Shown: piece after piece, positions 39,594-49,978 of the stretch
How positions within the stretch are numbered: the first letter of the stretch is position 1
Layout: each line of letters opens with the position of its first letter
Origin: Planctomycetota bacterium
Lineage (GTDB): Bacteria > Planctomycetota > JAJSAM01 > JAJVHW01
Reading direction: 5' to 3'
Length of the DNA: 64,000 bases
Assembly (NCBI GenBank): GCA_965248445.1
Contig: CBDFJG010000003.1
Coordinates: 192,001 to 256,000 of the forward strand
Notes under the pieces: model-generated
What the model was told of the DNA's origin: nothing
Database searches by the model: none
Seen by the model: the letters and a program-made list of their open reading frames with translations, nothing else
Position numbers and translations under genes: made by a program

Positions 39594-40931
39594 ATGCGGC
39601 GGAGACTGGTTGCTGTCGTGGTGATGCTGGTGATCGTCTTCCTCTGGTGGGGCGTGATTCACCGCGGCCGCGATCGCGGCCCGCCTTGGACCGACACAGA
39701 TTGGACCGAGACAGACGACTTCCAGACGGCGCGCGGCGGAGACGAGCCGAGACGCAGCGGTCAGCGCCGCGAGCGCGTGCGCACGGGTGAGCCGAGCGAT
39801 GGTGGGAGCGGCGGCGACGTCGCGCCGCGACCTGGAGAGTCCGGCGGGACGGATGCCGGAGCGTCCGCTGCCGTCGGTACGGGCAACGGCGCGGGTGGAG
39901 CGGTTGGCGGCGAAGATGGCGAGGATGGCGAGGGTGCGGACGAAGCGTCGGTCGGTGGCAGCGGTCGTGGCGCGGACTCCGACGACGACGTGCCGCCGCG
40001 ACAGCGCGTCCTGCGCACGCGCGTCGTGGACGCGGCGACGGGCGATCCGGTCAGCGGCGTGCGCCTGCTCGTCGCGTACGTGACCGACGGAGGCGACAGC
40101 TGGTACGGAGGCACGACCGGGAAAGACGGAGGCGAGATGCACCGTCTGCCGGAGGACTTTGGCGGAGAAGAGGGGCGCTTCGAGATGCGCGTGGGCCGGC
40201 GAGGCTACGAGTACAAGATCGTGCCGCTCGAACTCCCGGAGCTGGGAGAGTCGCAGGACGTCGACGTCACGCTCACAGCACTCGATCACTTGCCGAATCC
40301 CGGCCGGCTCGTCGTCTTCGCGACGCGTCCGGATGGCACGCCGATAACCGGCATCGTGCTGGTCGGCGGCAGCGATGGACTCGACGGCATCTGGCAGTGG
40401 GGTATCGCCGACTCGTCCGGGACGGCAACTCTCGAGGGCGTCCCCGCCGGCCACTGGACGCTGCGACTCGAGGAGTCGCGGCATCGCATCGAGACGATCC
40501 TCCCGGACGACGGCGAAACGCGCGTGCACCTGGTGGGGCCCGAGTTGGAGTGGCCCGGAGTCCTGTCGCGTCCCGGCTACGAGTTGTTGCGGGACCAGAT
40601 CCAAGCGGAGTGGCGGGATGCCGACGACGCCGGGCCGTCGATCTACGCGTTACAGCGACTGAACACCAGGTGGCGGGCGGTGGCAGATCGCCGCGAGGTA
40701 ATCGTCATGGGACTGCCGGCCAAGGTCCCCGCGTGGTTGCGCGCGCAGCCCTCCGGCCCGCAGAACTTCTGGCGCGTGAGAATCAAGGACGGCGAGGCAC
40801 ACTTCCCCGGACTGACCCTCGAAGACTGGAGCTTCCGCATCGAGCGACCGGGCGAACAGACGGCGTGGCAGAAGTTCGCGATCGAGGAAGGCGACGGCCC
40901 GCAGCGCATCTCACTCGTGCACTCCGAGTAG
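39594..40931 (+). CDS. Membrane-anchored protein with carboxypeptidase-regulatory-like domains
   Basis: N-terminal TM helix, disordered linker, [13 protein letters not shown] and DGTPITG...[15 protein letters not shown]. Confidence 0.72.
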   Translation: MRRRLVAVVVMLVIVFLWWGVIHRGRDRGPPWTDTDWTETDDFQTARGGDEPRRSGQRRERVRTGEPSDGGSGGDVAPRPGESGGTDAGASAAVGTGNGAGGAVGGEDGEDGEGADEASVGGSGRGADSDDDVPPRQRVLRTRVVDAATGDPVSGVRLLVAYVTDGGDSWYGGTTGKDGGEMHRLPEDFGGEEGRFEMRVGRRGYEYKIVPLELPELGESQDVDVTLTALDHLPNPGRLVVFATRPDGTPITGIVLVGGSDGLDGIWQWGIADSSGTATLEGVPAGHWTLRLEESRHRIETILPDDGETRVHLVGPELEWPGVLSRPGYELLRDQIQAEWRDADDAGPSIYALQRLNTRWRAVADRREVIVMGLPAKVPAWLRAQPSGPQNFWRVRIKDGEAHFPGLTLEDWSFRIERPGEQTAWQKFAIEEGDGPQRISLVHSE

Positions 40932-40959
40932 CATCCCCGCACCACTACCAGGAGGACCC

Positions 40960-41370
40960 ATGCCGAATCAGCCTGACATCTCACTCGAGCAGGCGCACAG
41001 CGTCGTCAAGGCGGCCCGTCATCACGCCGCGGGCATCAACTGCAAGATGGACATCGCGGTGGTGGATGCCGGCGCGAACCTGAAGCTGTTCGTCCGCATG
41101 GACGGTGCCTGGCTCGGCTCGATCGACATCGCGATGAAGAAGGCGCGCACTGCTCGCTATTTCGACATGGACACCGGTGACATCGGCAGTCTCTCCCAGC
41201 CCGGTGGTCCGCTGTACAACATCGAACACAGCAACGGCGGGCTGATCACGTTCCCCGGCGGTGTCCCGCTGCGTGACGGGAGCGGAGCGATCGTCGGTGC
41301 GATCGGCGTGTCCGGAGACTCCGTCGAGAACGACCACGCGGTTGCCGTCGCAGGCGCCGCCGCCCTGTAG
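40960..41370 (+). CDS. GlcG/HbpS-family heme-binding protein
   Basis: IAVVDAG..L..F.RMDGA..GSIDIA..KA.TA, FPGGVPL and GAIGVSG. Confidence 0.93.
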   Translation: MPNQPDISLEQAHSVVKAARHHAAGINCKMDIAVVDAGANLKLFVRMDGAWLGSIDIAMKKARTARYFDMDTGDIGSLSQPGGPLYNIEHSNGGLITFPGGVPLRDGSGAIVGAIGVSGDSVENDHAVAVAGAAAL

Positions 41371-41375
41371 CGGTA

Positions 41376-42098
41376 CTACGCGCCGAGCGCTTCCATGAGG
41401 TGCCGGATCTCCTCGTCCACCGCGGCCGGGTCCGTCACGGTTCCGGCGATCTCCTCGCGGAGGACGTCGCGGTATCGCAGGCGCAGGCGCCGGATCGCGG
41501 ACTTCACGGCCGACTCGCCGAGACCGAGGCGCTCCGCGGCCTCCTCGTAGCTCGGCCGGATGGTGCCCGCGGCGAGGTAGGGCTCGAGCGCTGCGAAGTG
41601 CTGCGTCTTGTCCTCCGCCTCGTGCTGGACGCGCAGGCGGTCGAGGGCGCGGGCCAGGACGGTGAGCGCCCACCGCTTCTCGAACACGCGCTCGGGAGTG
41701 AGATCGGAGACCGGCTCGAGCTGGTACCGGCGTTCGCCCTCGTCGAAGTCGAGCGACATGAGCGTGTGTCCGCCGCCGCGCTTCTGTGCCGCCGCCTTCT
41801 CCCGCTCCTTCGAACAGTAGTTGCGGAACGACCGGATCAGGAACGTCCGAAAGCGGCCGCGCCCCCGGTCGGCGTCGCGCACGTAGTCCTTCTCCAGGAG
41901 TGTGGCGAAGTACCCCTGCGTGAGGTCCGCCGCGTCGTGCTGCTTCGCGCCGCCACGCCGCGCGAACGCATACAGCGGGTACCAGTACGCCTCGCAGAGC
42001 TCGGCGAGCGCGTCACGGGCTTCCGCCGTGTCGCTCCCGCCGGCTGCGAGCACCACGCTCCACTGCGTGGTGAGGAACCGGTTGCGGGCCACGGTCAT
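41376..42098 (-). CDS. ECF sigma-70 factor of the PVC kinase-associated type
   Basis: FLTTQWSVV, LCEAYWYPLY, DAADLTQG, GRFRTFL and a sigma-4 HTH. ATGA overlap with the kinase stop. Confidence 0.92.
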   Translation of the reverse strand: MTVARNRFLTTQWSVVLAAGGSDTAEARDALAELCEAYWYPLYAFARRGGAKQHDAADLTQGYFATLLEKDYVRDADRGRGRFRTFLIRSFRNYCSKEREKAAAQKRGGGHTLMSLDFDEGERRYQLEPVSDLTPERVFEKRWALTVLARALDRLRVQHEAEDKTQHFAALEPYLAAGTIRPSYEEAAERLGLGESAVKSAIRRLRLRYRDVLREEIAGTVTDPAAVDEEIRHLMEALGA

Positions 42099-45013
42099 CG
42101 CTCTTCCGGAGCTTCGACGCGATACCCCATCCTGGCCAGATCGAGCGGCGGGAACCAGAGTCCGTCGGCGCTCCGCCGCAGGCCGAACCACGCAGACGCG
42201 GCGCCGTCGTCGGAGAGCGAGATCTGTGCACCCGAAGCGTCCGCGGGGGCGTAGCGGATCGAACGTACCTCCATCTTCGGAATGCGCGCCATGTGCTCCT
42301 CGCTTCTGAGGAGTACGGGGATTCCGGACGGGAACTGCTCTCGCAGGAACGCGAGTTCGTCGTCGGTGTACGCCAGCACGCGCGCGCGATGGTCCTCCGG
42401 GTACACCGCCGCGAGCGCCTCGCGGCTGGTCTCGGCGGACAGGTTCCGCACGCGTTCCCAGATCTCGAGCACTCGTTTCACGTCGGCGTCGCGCTGGGCC
42501 ATCGTCATCGACTCCGGCATGGCCAAGACGTCGGGTTCTCCGACGGGCGGATTGCTGCGCCGCCGGGACACGTACTTCGCGCTGAACACCCAGTTGTCGT
42601 GTTCGGCACGGTGCATGTCGAAACTGACGACGTCACGTCCGGCTTCGGCCTTCACCCGTGCGATGGATGCGTCCTTGTAGAACGTGACCTCGGTCAACTC
42701 GTACTTCCACAGCGGTGCGCCGCGCAGTGGGAACTCGACCAACGGCAGTCCTAGCTTGCCGGACTTCGCGCGCTCGTCGAACTCGGACGACCGCAGCCCC
42801 TGGATGCGCGTGTAGTGCTCCCTGCCGTAGAGGAACTCACCGGCTTCGTGGAGCATCTCCTGCCGTGTCTGCGTGCGGGATCGCTCGAGCAGGCTCCTCC
42901 ACGTGGCGTTCAAGCGCGCGAACAGTTCAGCGCGGTCTGCAGCAGTCATCGAGTCAGGCGCGCCGCTGATCACCGGCCGGCCGCCTGCCTCATCACCCGC
43001 CACAGCCGGCACGCCGTTGACGGAAACGGGCGCGCTGCTGAAGAACCACTCGCCTGCGTCCCGGACCATGTCGAACGCGAGGGTGGCCCCCCGGCCGTCT
43101 GCCGCGGTGACGTTCGCGGCGGCGCCCTGCTCGTCGAACTCGACCTGCCGGATGTGCAGATCCCAGAGCGGTGTCTCGTCCCGCTGTCTGAAGAGCAGCG
43201 GCAGCCCGTACTCGCCGGCCGAGGCCCGCTGGTACGCGTCGTCGTCCTTCGTCGAGACCACCTCGCGGTTCACCCGCTCCCACTCCGTCGGTCCGTAGAG
43301 GGACCTGCCGTCCATGTGCACGAGTGCCGAAAGCTCGTCGCCCTTCGCCATGACCTGCACGACGCGCCACTGGTGCAGCACCTCGCGGAGCGCGTCTTCC
43401 TGCGATCCGGCGAAACGCCAGTCGGCCCCGCCGCTGAACGTCGGTACGTCCTGCAGGCGCTTGCCGCCGATGAACACACCGCGCTCGTCCACGGTGATGG
43501 GTCCGACGACCACGCTGTTCTCGTCGACCTTGATCGGCCCGAAGTCGACGCCGTGCTCGTCGATCTTGATGTTGGGGAGTTCGAGTCCGCTCGCGTCGAT
43601 GTGGACGCCGCCGACGTCGACCGGGATCTGCGGCGTCAGCCAGAACGGCGCCGCGATCAGCCCGCAGCAGCCGATGACGAAGGGGGCGCAAGTGGCGCCG
43701 ATCGCGTACGGATATCCGTAGAGGGCTCCCTTGCTCGCCGCGATGCGGATCCACGACACGATGCCGAGCACGCACGAGATTGCGGTCAGCAGCCCGGCCG
43801 CGAGTGTGAACGGTATCCCGAACGCGAACGAGCCGGCGGTGGCGGCGATCACGATCAGGAGGGCCAGCACACCGCCCGCGAGCACGGCGGCGGTCACAGC
43901 CATGCGGCAGAGCCGTGCGTCGGGGCGCCGTTTGCCGGAAGACCACTCGAGCTCCTTGTGCACCGTGTGTCCCGTGGCCGCGGCGGCTGCGGCGCCCGCT
44001 GCGGCGGCTGCCGCAGCGGGCTGGGCCTGCGCCTCGCGGTGCGGCGGCGGCGCTTCCGGCTGCTCCGTGCTCGAGATCTGCGTGACCCGTGTGCCGATCT
44101 CGGACGCGCGCTGATAGCGGCGGTCCCGTTCCCGCTCGAGTGCGCGCAGCACGACCTTGTCGAGCCGCACGTCGATCTCGACCGTCTCGGACGGAGGGCC
44201 GAACCGGCCCATCGGCACGTCGCCGGTGAGCATCTCGTAGAAGACGACGCCGAGGCTGTAGATGTCGGCGCGGTGGTCCACGTCGTTCGGCGTCTTGTAC
44301 TGCTCGGGCGCCATGTAGTGCAGGGTTCCCATCACCTGCCCGGCCCGCGTCAGCGTGTGGTCGTCCTTCGAGTCCACCATCAGCTTCGCGAGCCCGAAGT
44401 CCGCGATCTTGACAGTGCCGTCCGTGGCGACGAGCACGTTGGCGGGCTTGATGTCGCGGTGCACCACGCCCTGGTCGTGCGCGTACTGCAGCGCTTCGCA
44501 GATCTGCGGGACGATGGCCAGCGCTTCCGCCGGCGAGATCAGCCCGTCGTCCATGAGCGTCCGCAGGCTGGCGCCCGCGACGTACTCCATCACGAGGAAG
44601 TAGAAGCCGTCCCGCTCACCGAACTCATGGACGCGCACGATGTGGGGGTGGTCGAGCCGCGCCAGCGCGCGCGCCTCGCGAATGAAGCGGTCCGCGAACG
44701 TCTGGTCCGACCCGAGTTCCGGCCAGAGCACTTTCAGCGCGACCTGCCGGTCGAGCGTGCGCTGGCGCGCCTGGTAGACGATGCCCATCCCGCCGAAGCC
44801 GATCAGCTTCTGGATGTCGAGCGCGGGGAAGTGTCCGTTCATCTCCTCGATGGTGGGGGCCGTGCGAGCCGGACGGACCACCGGTCCATCAGCTACGTCC
44901 GGGTCGGCGGACTCGTCGAGTCCGACGGCCATCAGGCACCGCGGGCAGGCGCCGGCCGGAGCCTCCGGCGGCAGGCTCGCTCCGCAATCGGGACACTTGC
45001 GCGTTTCGCTCAT
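42095..45013 (-). CDS. Membrane Hanks-type Ser/Thr kinase with N-terminal Zn ribbon and repeated C-terminal sensor domains
   Basis: CPDC..CPRC, GFGGMG.VY, VALK, HRDIKPAN, DFG and GT..YMAPE. Three TM helices, then three roughly 120-aa repeats. Confidence 0.95.
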   Translation of the reverse strand: MSETRKCPDCGASLPPEAPAGACPRCLMAVGLDESADPDVADGPVVRPARTAPTIEEMNGHFPALDIQKLIGFGGMGIVYQARQRTLDRQVALKVLWPELGSDQTFADRFIREARALARLDHPHIVRVHEFGERDGFYFLVMEYVAGASLRTLMDDGLISPAEALAIVPQICEALQYAHDQGVVHRDIKPANVLVATDGTVKIADFGLAKLMVDSKDDHTLTRAGQVMGTLHYMAPEQYKTPNDVDHRADIYSLGVVFYEMLTGDVPMGRFGPPSETVEIDVRLDKVVLRALERERDRRYQRASEIGTRVTQISSTEQPEAPPPHREAQAQPAAAAAAAGAAAAAATGHTVHKELEWSSGKRRPDARLCRMAVTAAVLAGGVLALLIVIAATAGSFAFGIPFTLAAGLLTAISCVLGIVSWIRIAASKGALYGYPYAIGATCAPFVIGCCGLIAAPFWLTPQIPVDVGGVHIDASGLELPNIKIDEHGVDFGPIKVDENSVVVGPITVDERGVFIGGKRLQDVPTFSGGADWRFAGSQEDALREVLHQWRVVQVMAKGDELSALVHMDGRSLYGPTEWERVNREVVSTKDDDAYQRASAGEYGLPLLFRQRDETPLWDLHIRQVEFDEQGAAANVTAADGRGATLAFDMVRDAGEWFFSSAPVSVNGVPAVAGDEAGGRPVISGAPDSMTAADRAELFARLNATWRSLLERSRTQTRQEMLHEAGEFLYGREHYTRIQGLRSSEFDERAKSGKLGLPLVEFPLRGAPLWKYELTEVTFYKDASIARVKAEAGRDVVSFDMHRAEHDNWVFSAKYVSRRRSNPPVGEPDVLAMPESMTMAQRDADVKRVLEIWERVRNLSAETSREALAAVYPEDHRARVLAYTDDELAFLREQFPSGIPVLLRSEEHMARIPKMEVRSIRYAPADASGAQISLSDDGAASAWFGLRRSADGLWFPPLDLARMGYRVEAPEER

Positions 45014-45130
45014 CTTCAGTCTCTCCAGCGTGTTACCACCCCTCCATGACGGAATGCACCGCGGAAGTTGCGCGGCCGGCAGTGAACACCGTGGATCGCT
45101 GCCTCCGCTGAGGCCCAGATAGGGGACGCC

Positions 45131-45634
45131 ATGAGCGAAGTCAACCGGGGTGCGGGTGCTGCGAGAGCGATGTTCGGCTATGCGGCCGTGCTGGTCGTGG
45201 CCGGTGTCGTGGCGTTCTTGCTGGCTCCGGAAGGAGCCAATGCGACGACGGCACTGGCGGTGCCCGCAGGGTGCGGCGTGGTGATGGTCGTCTGCGGCCT
45301 GCTCTCGCGCATGATCGGGAAGAGCAAGCCGCTCGGGATGATCGGTATCCACCTCGGCCTGCTGTTCGCGCTGATGTTCGCGGCCGTCATCGGCATGCGC
45401 GCGGTGAAGACGGGGGAGGCGGTCGATGCATACCGAGAGGCCGATGCCGTCTGGCAGCCGCGCGCCGCGGCCGGGGCGTCGGACGCGCTCCGCGAGATGC
45501 ACTTCGAGGGTGCCGGAGCGCCCGATCACGACAAGACGTACCTGCGCAACACGCTCTGGTTCCTCGCTGCGGCGAGCGTGCTGGCGTTCTTCGTCATCCT
45601 GAAGCAGCGTCCGAAGAAGGCCGACCGCGGATAA
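45131..45634 (+). CDS. Four-TM membrane protein
   Basis: Four hydrophobic helices and a basic C-terminus. Confidence 0.75.
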   Translation: MSEVNRGAGAARAMFGYAAVLVVAGVVAFLLAPEGANATTALAVPAGCGVVMVVCGLLSRMIGKSKPLGMIGIHLGLLFALMFAAVIGMRAVKTGEAVDAYREADAVWQPRAAAGASDALREMHFEGAGAPDHDKTYLRNTLWFLAAASVLAFFVILKQRPKKADRG

Positions 45635-45694
45635 CGGTCGCCCTGGCTGGCGCGTCTAATCCTCTGAGTGAGGTCGTACGCACGGAGGAACACG

Positions 45695-46318
45695 ATGCAC
45701 ACAGCCATTCGCACGCTTGTCGGAGCCGCTCTTCTGCTCGCGCTGGCCGTCGGCGGGACGCCCCGCCAAGCGGACGCCAAGGACGAGATCCGCGCGCCCA
45801 GCCTCGCAAAGTCCGGCCGGTCAATTGCCGACGACAACTACCGCACTGTGATGTTCGCCGTGCTCGAGGGCCTCTACGAAGCAGGCGTCGAGAACGACGT
45901 GGTCGACCGCGTGCTCATGCCGGATCCGGAGACGAACGAGGCCATGCACTTCGTGCCGGGGTGCCCGATCTGCCAGCCCGCGCTCACGGCGTTCCGGATG
46001 TACCGCGAGCGTCCGTCACTCGGGCTCAAGGGCGGTGACACGTTCGGGCCCGGCGTCCACGAGGACATACGCGCTCGTCTCGAGAGCGAAGTGTTCGAGG
46101 ATCGCATGCGGGGAGTGTGGGACATCATCGAGGCGTCCATTCGGAAGCGCATCGAGCGCATGCGTCTCACGCCGGAGGAGCGCGCCGAGTGGGAGCAGAG
46201 CATGGCCGAGCGCCGCAAGAAGGGCATGGCGATGCTGAAGCGCAGCGCCGGCGCCATCGCGCAGTCCGATCGCTGCGCGGCCTGCGACGCCGCGAACGAC
46301 GCCTTCGACGCGCGCTGA
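45695..46318 (+). CDS. Secreted hypothetical protein with two CxxC motifs
   Basis: GGAGG RBS, signal peptide ending ADA, FAVLEGLYE, HFVPGCPIC and CAAC. Confidence 0.75.
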   Translation: MHTAIRTLVGAALLLALAVGGTPRQADAKDEIRAPSLAKSGRSIADDNYRTVMFAVLEGLYEAGVENDVVDRVLMPDPETNEAMHFVPGCPICQPALTAFRMYRERPSLGLKGGDTFGPGVHEDIRARLESEVFEDRMRGVWDIIEASIRKRIERMRLTPEERAEWEQSMAERRKKGMAMLKRSAGAIAQSDRCAACDAANDAFDAR

Positions 46319-46400
46319 CAGCAGCCGCCCAGTGCTCCTCTGCTAACTTGGCGCGGACAGCGAGCCGCGTGCTCGCGTTCTTCCACAGAGGGGATCACAC

Positions 46401-46901
46401 ATGCGTATCGCGCTGGGAATCATGACGTCCACGCTGGTCATCGCTGCTGCCGCGGCCACACTGTTCGCCAACGGTGGCCCGGTGGTTCAAGCCAACGGAA
46501 TCCCGAACATGGAGGGCTTCTACGAGGGCACGATCAAGCTCAAGATCAACGGGATGGACGACGGGAGGACGAAGGAGAAGGGGAAGCTCGACATCACGCT
46601 GAACATCACGCAGACGGATGACACGCTGCGCGCGGACGTCGTGATCGGCGAGCCGCCCGTGCAGGGACTCCACTCTGCCGAGGCGGACTTCTCCATGGAC
46701 GGGGGCGTCGGTAACGGGACGTTCTATCTCTGCACCGGCGTCGGCGACGATCCGGAACTGACGTTGATCGGGAAGGCGAAGGAGAAGGGCGAGGGGAAGA
46801 TCAAGCTGACCGCGAAGGGCTTCTACATCGGGTTCACGCCGTCCGAGGCGGGCACCGCGACGTTCAAGGCCAAGCGCACCGGCCCGGCGATCCTCAACTG
46901 A
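46401..46901 (+). CDS. Secreted Lys/Gly-rich beta-strand hypothetical protein
   Basis: Signal peptide and alternating beta pattern. Confidence 0.75.
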   Translation: MRIALGIMTSTLVIAAAAATLFANGGPVVQANGIPNMEGFYEGTIKLKINGMDDGRTKEKGKLDITLNITQTDDTLRADVVIGEPPVQGLHSAEADFSMDGGVGNGTFYLCTGVGDDPELTLIGKAKEKGEGKIKLTAKGFYIGFTPSEAGTATFKAKRTGPAILN

Positions 46902-46912
46902 AGCAAGCACGT

Positions 46913-47656
46913 GTGCTCGATCTCGCCATCCTGAACAACGCGACGTGGTGCACGGCGGTACTCCGGGCGCACGGCATCCGGAGTGTGCTCGCTACCGACT
47001 ACTGGTCAACGGACGGCGTGCTCCCGCCCTTCTACGGGAACTTCGTCTCGCGGACCCGCGATGGGTCGCGTGCCCAATTCGCGCGGATCCGCGAACTGGC
47101 CGCGTTGGCGCCGCAGCCCGCATGGGGCATGAAGGACAGCTACGCGTGCCTTGATGGCGATGAACTGTGCCGGCTCGGTATGCAGCCCTTGTTCGATGCG
47201 GAGTGGTACGGCCGTGAGCCGCGCCGCCTCCCTCGCGACGACCGAGAGACCGGCTTGCGTGTCACGCAGATGGCAACGGCAGCCGACCTTGCGCGCTGGG
47301 AGACGGCATGGAAAGTGACGTCACCGTCACCGGGTGTACGCGTGTTCCCGCCCTCGATACTCTCCGACCCCGCCGTGACGTTCCTCGCTGCGTGGCGCGG
47401 GACCGATCTCGTCGGGGGCGCGATCACGAACCTCTCGTCGGGGGCGGTCGGGCTGTCCAACGTGTTCACGGCCGATCCGCAGGACTACGTGCCGGTGCTG
47501 CGCGATCTGGCGCGGCATGCGGTCCGTTCGCACCCGGAGCGTGCGGTGGTGGGGTACGGGCCGCGGAGCGAGGCCGTGGCGCTTGCCCCGCTGGGCTTCG
47601 ACGCACTCGGTCCGCTGCGAGTCTGGACCGCCGACGTCCCGTACCGGGACCGCTAG
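46913..47656 (+). CDS. Hypothetical protein, possible GNAT-like fold
   Basis: NNATWC, PPFY, KDSYA.LD, VGLSNVF, VVGY and GF..LGPLRVW. Confidence 0.7.
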   Translation: MLDLAILNNATWCTAVLRAHGIRSVLATDYWSTDGVLPPFYGNFVSRTRDGSRAQFARIRELAALAPQPAWGMKDSYACLDGDELCRLGMQPLFDAEWYGREPRRLPRDDRETGLRVTQMATAADLARWETAWKVTSPSPGVRVFPPSILSDPAVTFLAAWRGTDLVGGAITNLSSGAVGLSNVFTADPQDYVPVLRDLARHAVRSHPERAVVGYGPRSEAVALAPLGFDALGPLRVWTADVPYRDR

Positions 47657-47694
47657 ACGGTCGCGGCGCGGATCCGTGCGGCCCCGATTCGGCG

Positions 47695-47967
47695 TTACGA
47701 AGAAGGCGTCGCCGAGGGCGCGCCGGCCTTGTCGTAGTAGATGATGACCGTGACTTCGCGGTTCCCGAGCGTGTGACGCTGCTCGTGCCTCTCCTTGTTG
47801 GGATCGGCTTCCGCCGTCTTCCGCGAGAAGTGTGCGCCCTCCGATGAGTGCTTGCGCTTCTTCCTGCCGGGAACGAGCACAAACACCGTCGTTCCGGCGC
47901 GCTTGAACTCGCCGCCGGGCGGATTCGGATCGACCAGCATCTCTGGCGGGATCACGAGTGCGACCAT
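47695..47967 (-). CDS. Small hypothetical protein
   Basis: AGGAGG RBS before ATG, 90 aa. Confidence 0.6.
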   Translation of the reverse strand: MVALVIPPEMLVDPNPPGGEFKRAGTTVFVLVPGRKKRKHSSEGAHFSRKTAEADPNKERHEQRHTLGNREVTVIIYYDKAGAPSATPSS

Positions 47968-48169
47968 GGAGACCCTCCTGTTGCGCCGCCACTACGAGAG
48001 CCGGCAGCGAGGACGCGCGCTCTTCGATCCGGACCGGGACGGTCGGACGAACGAGCGCGTGGAGTTCTCCCCGACAGCTCGGGCGTCGTCTCCATGCAGC
48101 GTAACAGCACGGATGCCTCCGACGTGCGACTCGTTCTCACGCAGCCTGGGCACGCACGCGAGAGAAGGC

Positions 48170-49248
48170 CTACTCCCCGCGGAAACTCGCGACGGCCGCA
48201 GCCGTCTTGTCGTCCCATGGGGCATAGCCGCGCAGGAAACTGGCAGCAAGCTCGCGCACGGTGTCGGGGACGTCGGTGTCCTGCATCACGCCCGTGAGCC
48301 GGTCGCGCGCGCCCTTCTCGAACGCGCCGGCCAGCCGCGTGTCGCGGCGGAACGCGTTGAGGTAGTACTGCGCGGCGTTGTTGTCTCGACTCTCGTTGGC
48401 GCCCTGGAGCAGCACGCTGATTCGCGTGAAGTCCCCCGAGTCGCTGCTCCACTCTGCAAGCGCCCCGCCGGCCCACGCCCCGCCGCGTTCTCCGCAGCGT
48501 TGCCGCAGCCCCTCGAGCAGCGGCTTGGCTTGCTCCACTGTGAGCCCGTGTCCCAGCGCCGCGACCGACAGCTCGGCGAGCAGAACCTCGCGCACGACCG
48601 CGTCGCGTTCCTCACCGAGCCTCGCGATCCCGAACAGGACTTCTTCGAGCGACGTGGCGTCGTAGCCGTACAGAGCCTCGATCGCTGCGGCGCGGCGGTG
48701 GGGGAGAGCGTCGCTGGCCATCTCGCGTGCGCTCTCGTGGATCGCGACTCTCACGTCGCGCGACGAGGTCAGCGCCGTGAACGGATTGTGGACCAGTAGT
48801 GAGAGCACCTCGTGCGCCTCGTCCTCACTTGCCGCCGTGCGCAGTCGCTGCATGAGAGCGATGTGCGTCGAGGTGTCCCCCGCGAGGAGGGCGTACATCT
48901 GGCGATCGAGCGCCTGCGACGCCTGCATCGTCCACCCGTCGCCCTCGGACAAGCGGCGGGACCTGTCGAGCAAGTCGAGTAGCTGTGTTGCGCGCGTGGG
49001 CGCCGCCAAGCCCCGGCGGGCTCGGGCAGCGGTTCCGTGACGACAACGCCTGCGAGCGCGGCACGCAGGCGTTCGACCCTCTCCTTCAGGCGCCGCGTCG
49101 TGCGCTCGGCGTATGCCTCCACGCGATCGACTTCGGTGGTATCCGGCGCGGGCAGCGGCGCCTCGGGCGCGCGCAGCCCGAGCATGATGGCGACACCGGT
49201 CGCCGCCACGGCCCACATGATGATCAAGGGCGCGACCCATGGCTTCAT
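48170..49248 (-). pseudogene. Membrane-anchored HEAT-like helical protein, frameshifted near 49010-49025
   Basis: The N-terminus MKPWVAPLII...EPLPEP (frame of 48769..49248) continues as ...TQLLDLLDRSRRL... in the frame ending at 48170. GGAGG RBS. Confidence 0.62.
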
Positions 49249-49343
49249 GACATCCCTCCCCGGAGTGTCGGTCCGGTGGACACGTTACCGCGACGCCGGT
49301 GTGAGGAGCGCGGCGGAACTGACCGTGACGGAGGGCGTCGGCG

Positions 49344-49902
49344 TCAGCTGGCGGCGAGGTTCGTGACGAACTTCTCGGCGTTGATCGTGACGTCGTCCTC
49401 GCCCACGTTGTCGAACGGGTTCTCGAGGTGCTCTGGATGTTCTCGAGCGACACGAGGATGACGCTGAACAGGATCGGCATCACGTACAGGAGGCCGGGAG
49501 AGAAGTCCGTCGAGATCTCGGCGAAGTACGGCCCGTAGAGGATCGGCAGCACATAGATGAAGAACTGGCTGTACGCGCGAAGAGCCCCTGGTGTCCGGTA
49601 CTGGTAGATGTGCTTCACGCTCTCGAACGAGATGATCATCTTGCTCAGGAACTGGTTGCAGCGGGACGCCTCCGCCCGTGCGCCTTGATCGATCCGTACT
49701 CATCGAGTGCGGCCTCGCGTCGCTTGTACGCACCGCCGATCGAGGACACGATCGGGAACACGATGGCCGTGCCGATCAGGGTGAGCGGGAACTCTGCGAG
49801 CAGACCGTTCTCGCGGCAGAGGTACGTGGACACGACCGAGAGCAGTGTCACGACGAACGTCTGCACGCTCACGAGTTGGCGCAAGCTGGAAATCGTGTTC
49901 AC
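49344..49902 (-). pseudogene. Bestrophin-like ion channel pseudogene
   Basis: Three frames give IVFPIVSSIGGAYKRRE.AL, then SRCNQFLSKM...YRTP..LRAY, then EHLENPFD..GEDD. There is an apparent internal deletion near 49672 and a missing base near 49432. Confidence 0.78.
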
Positions 49903-49978
49903 GTTGCCTCCAGCATGCTGCATCCATCGGACGCAGCGCGGGAGGTCTGCAACGGACCGGCGCGCGAGTCTCTCCGTG

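Noticed and set aside
38355..45529. 749-aa Eis ORF and 1144-aa kinase ORF as large fusion proteins
   Set aside because: The N-terminal extensions are antisense to genes at 39594-40931 and 45131-45634. RBS-supported starts are at 39530 and 45013.
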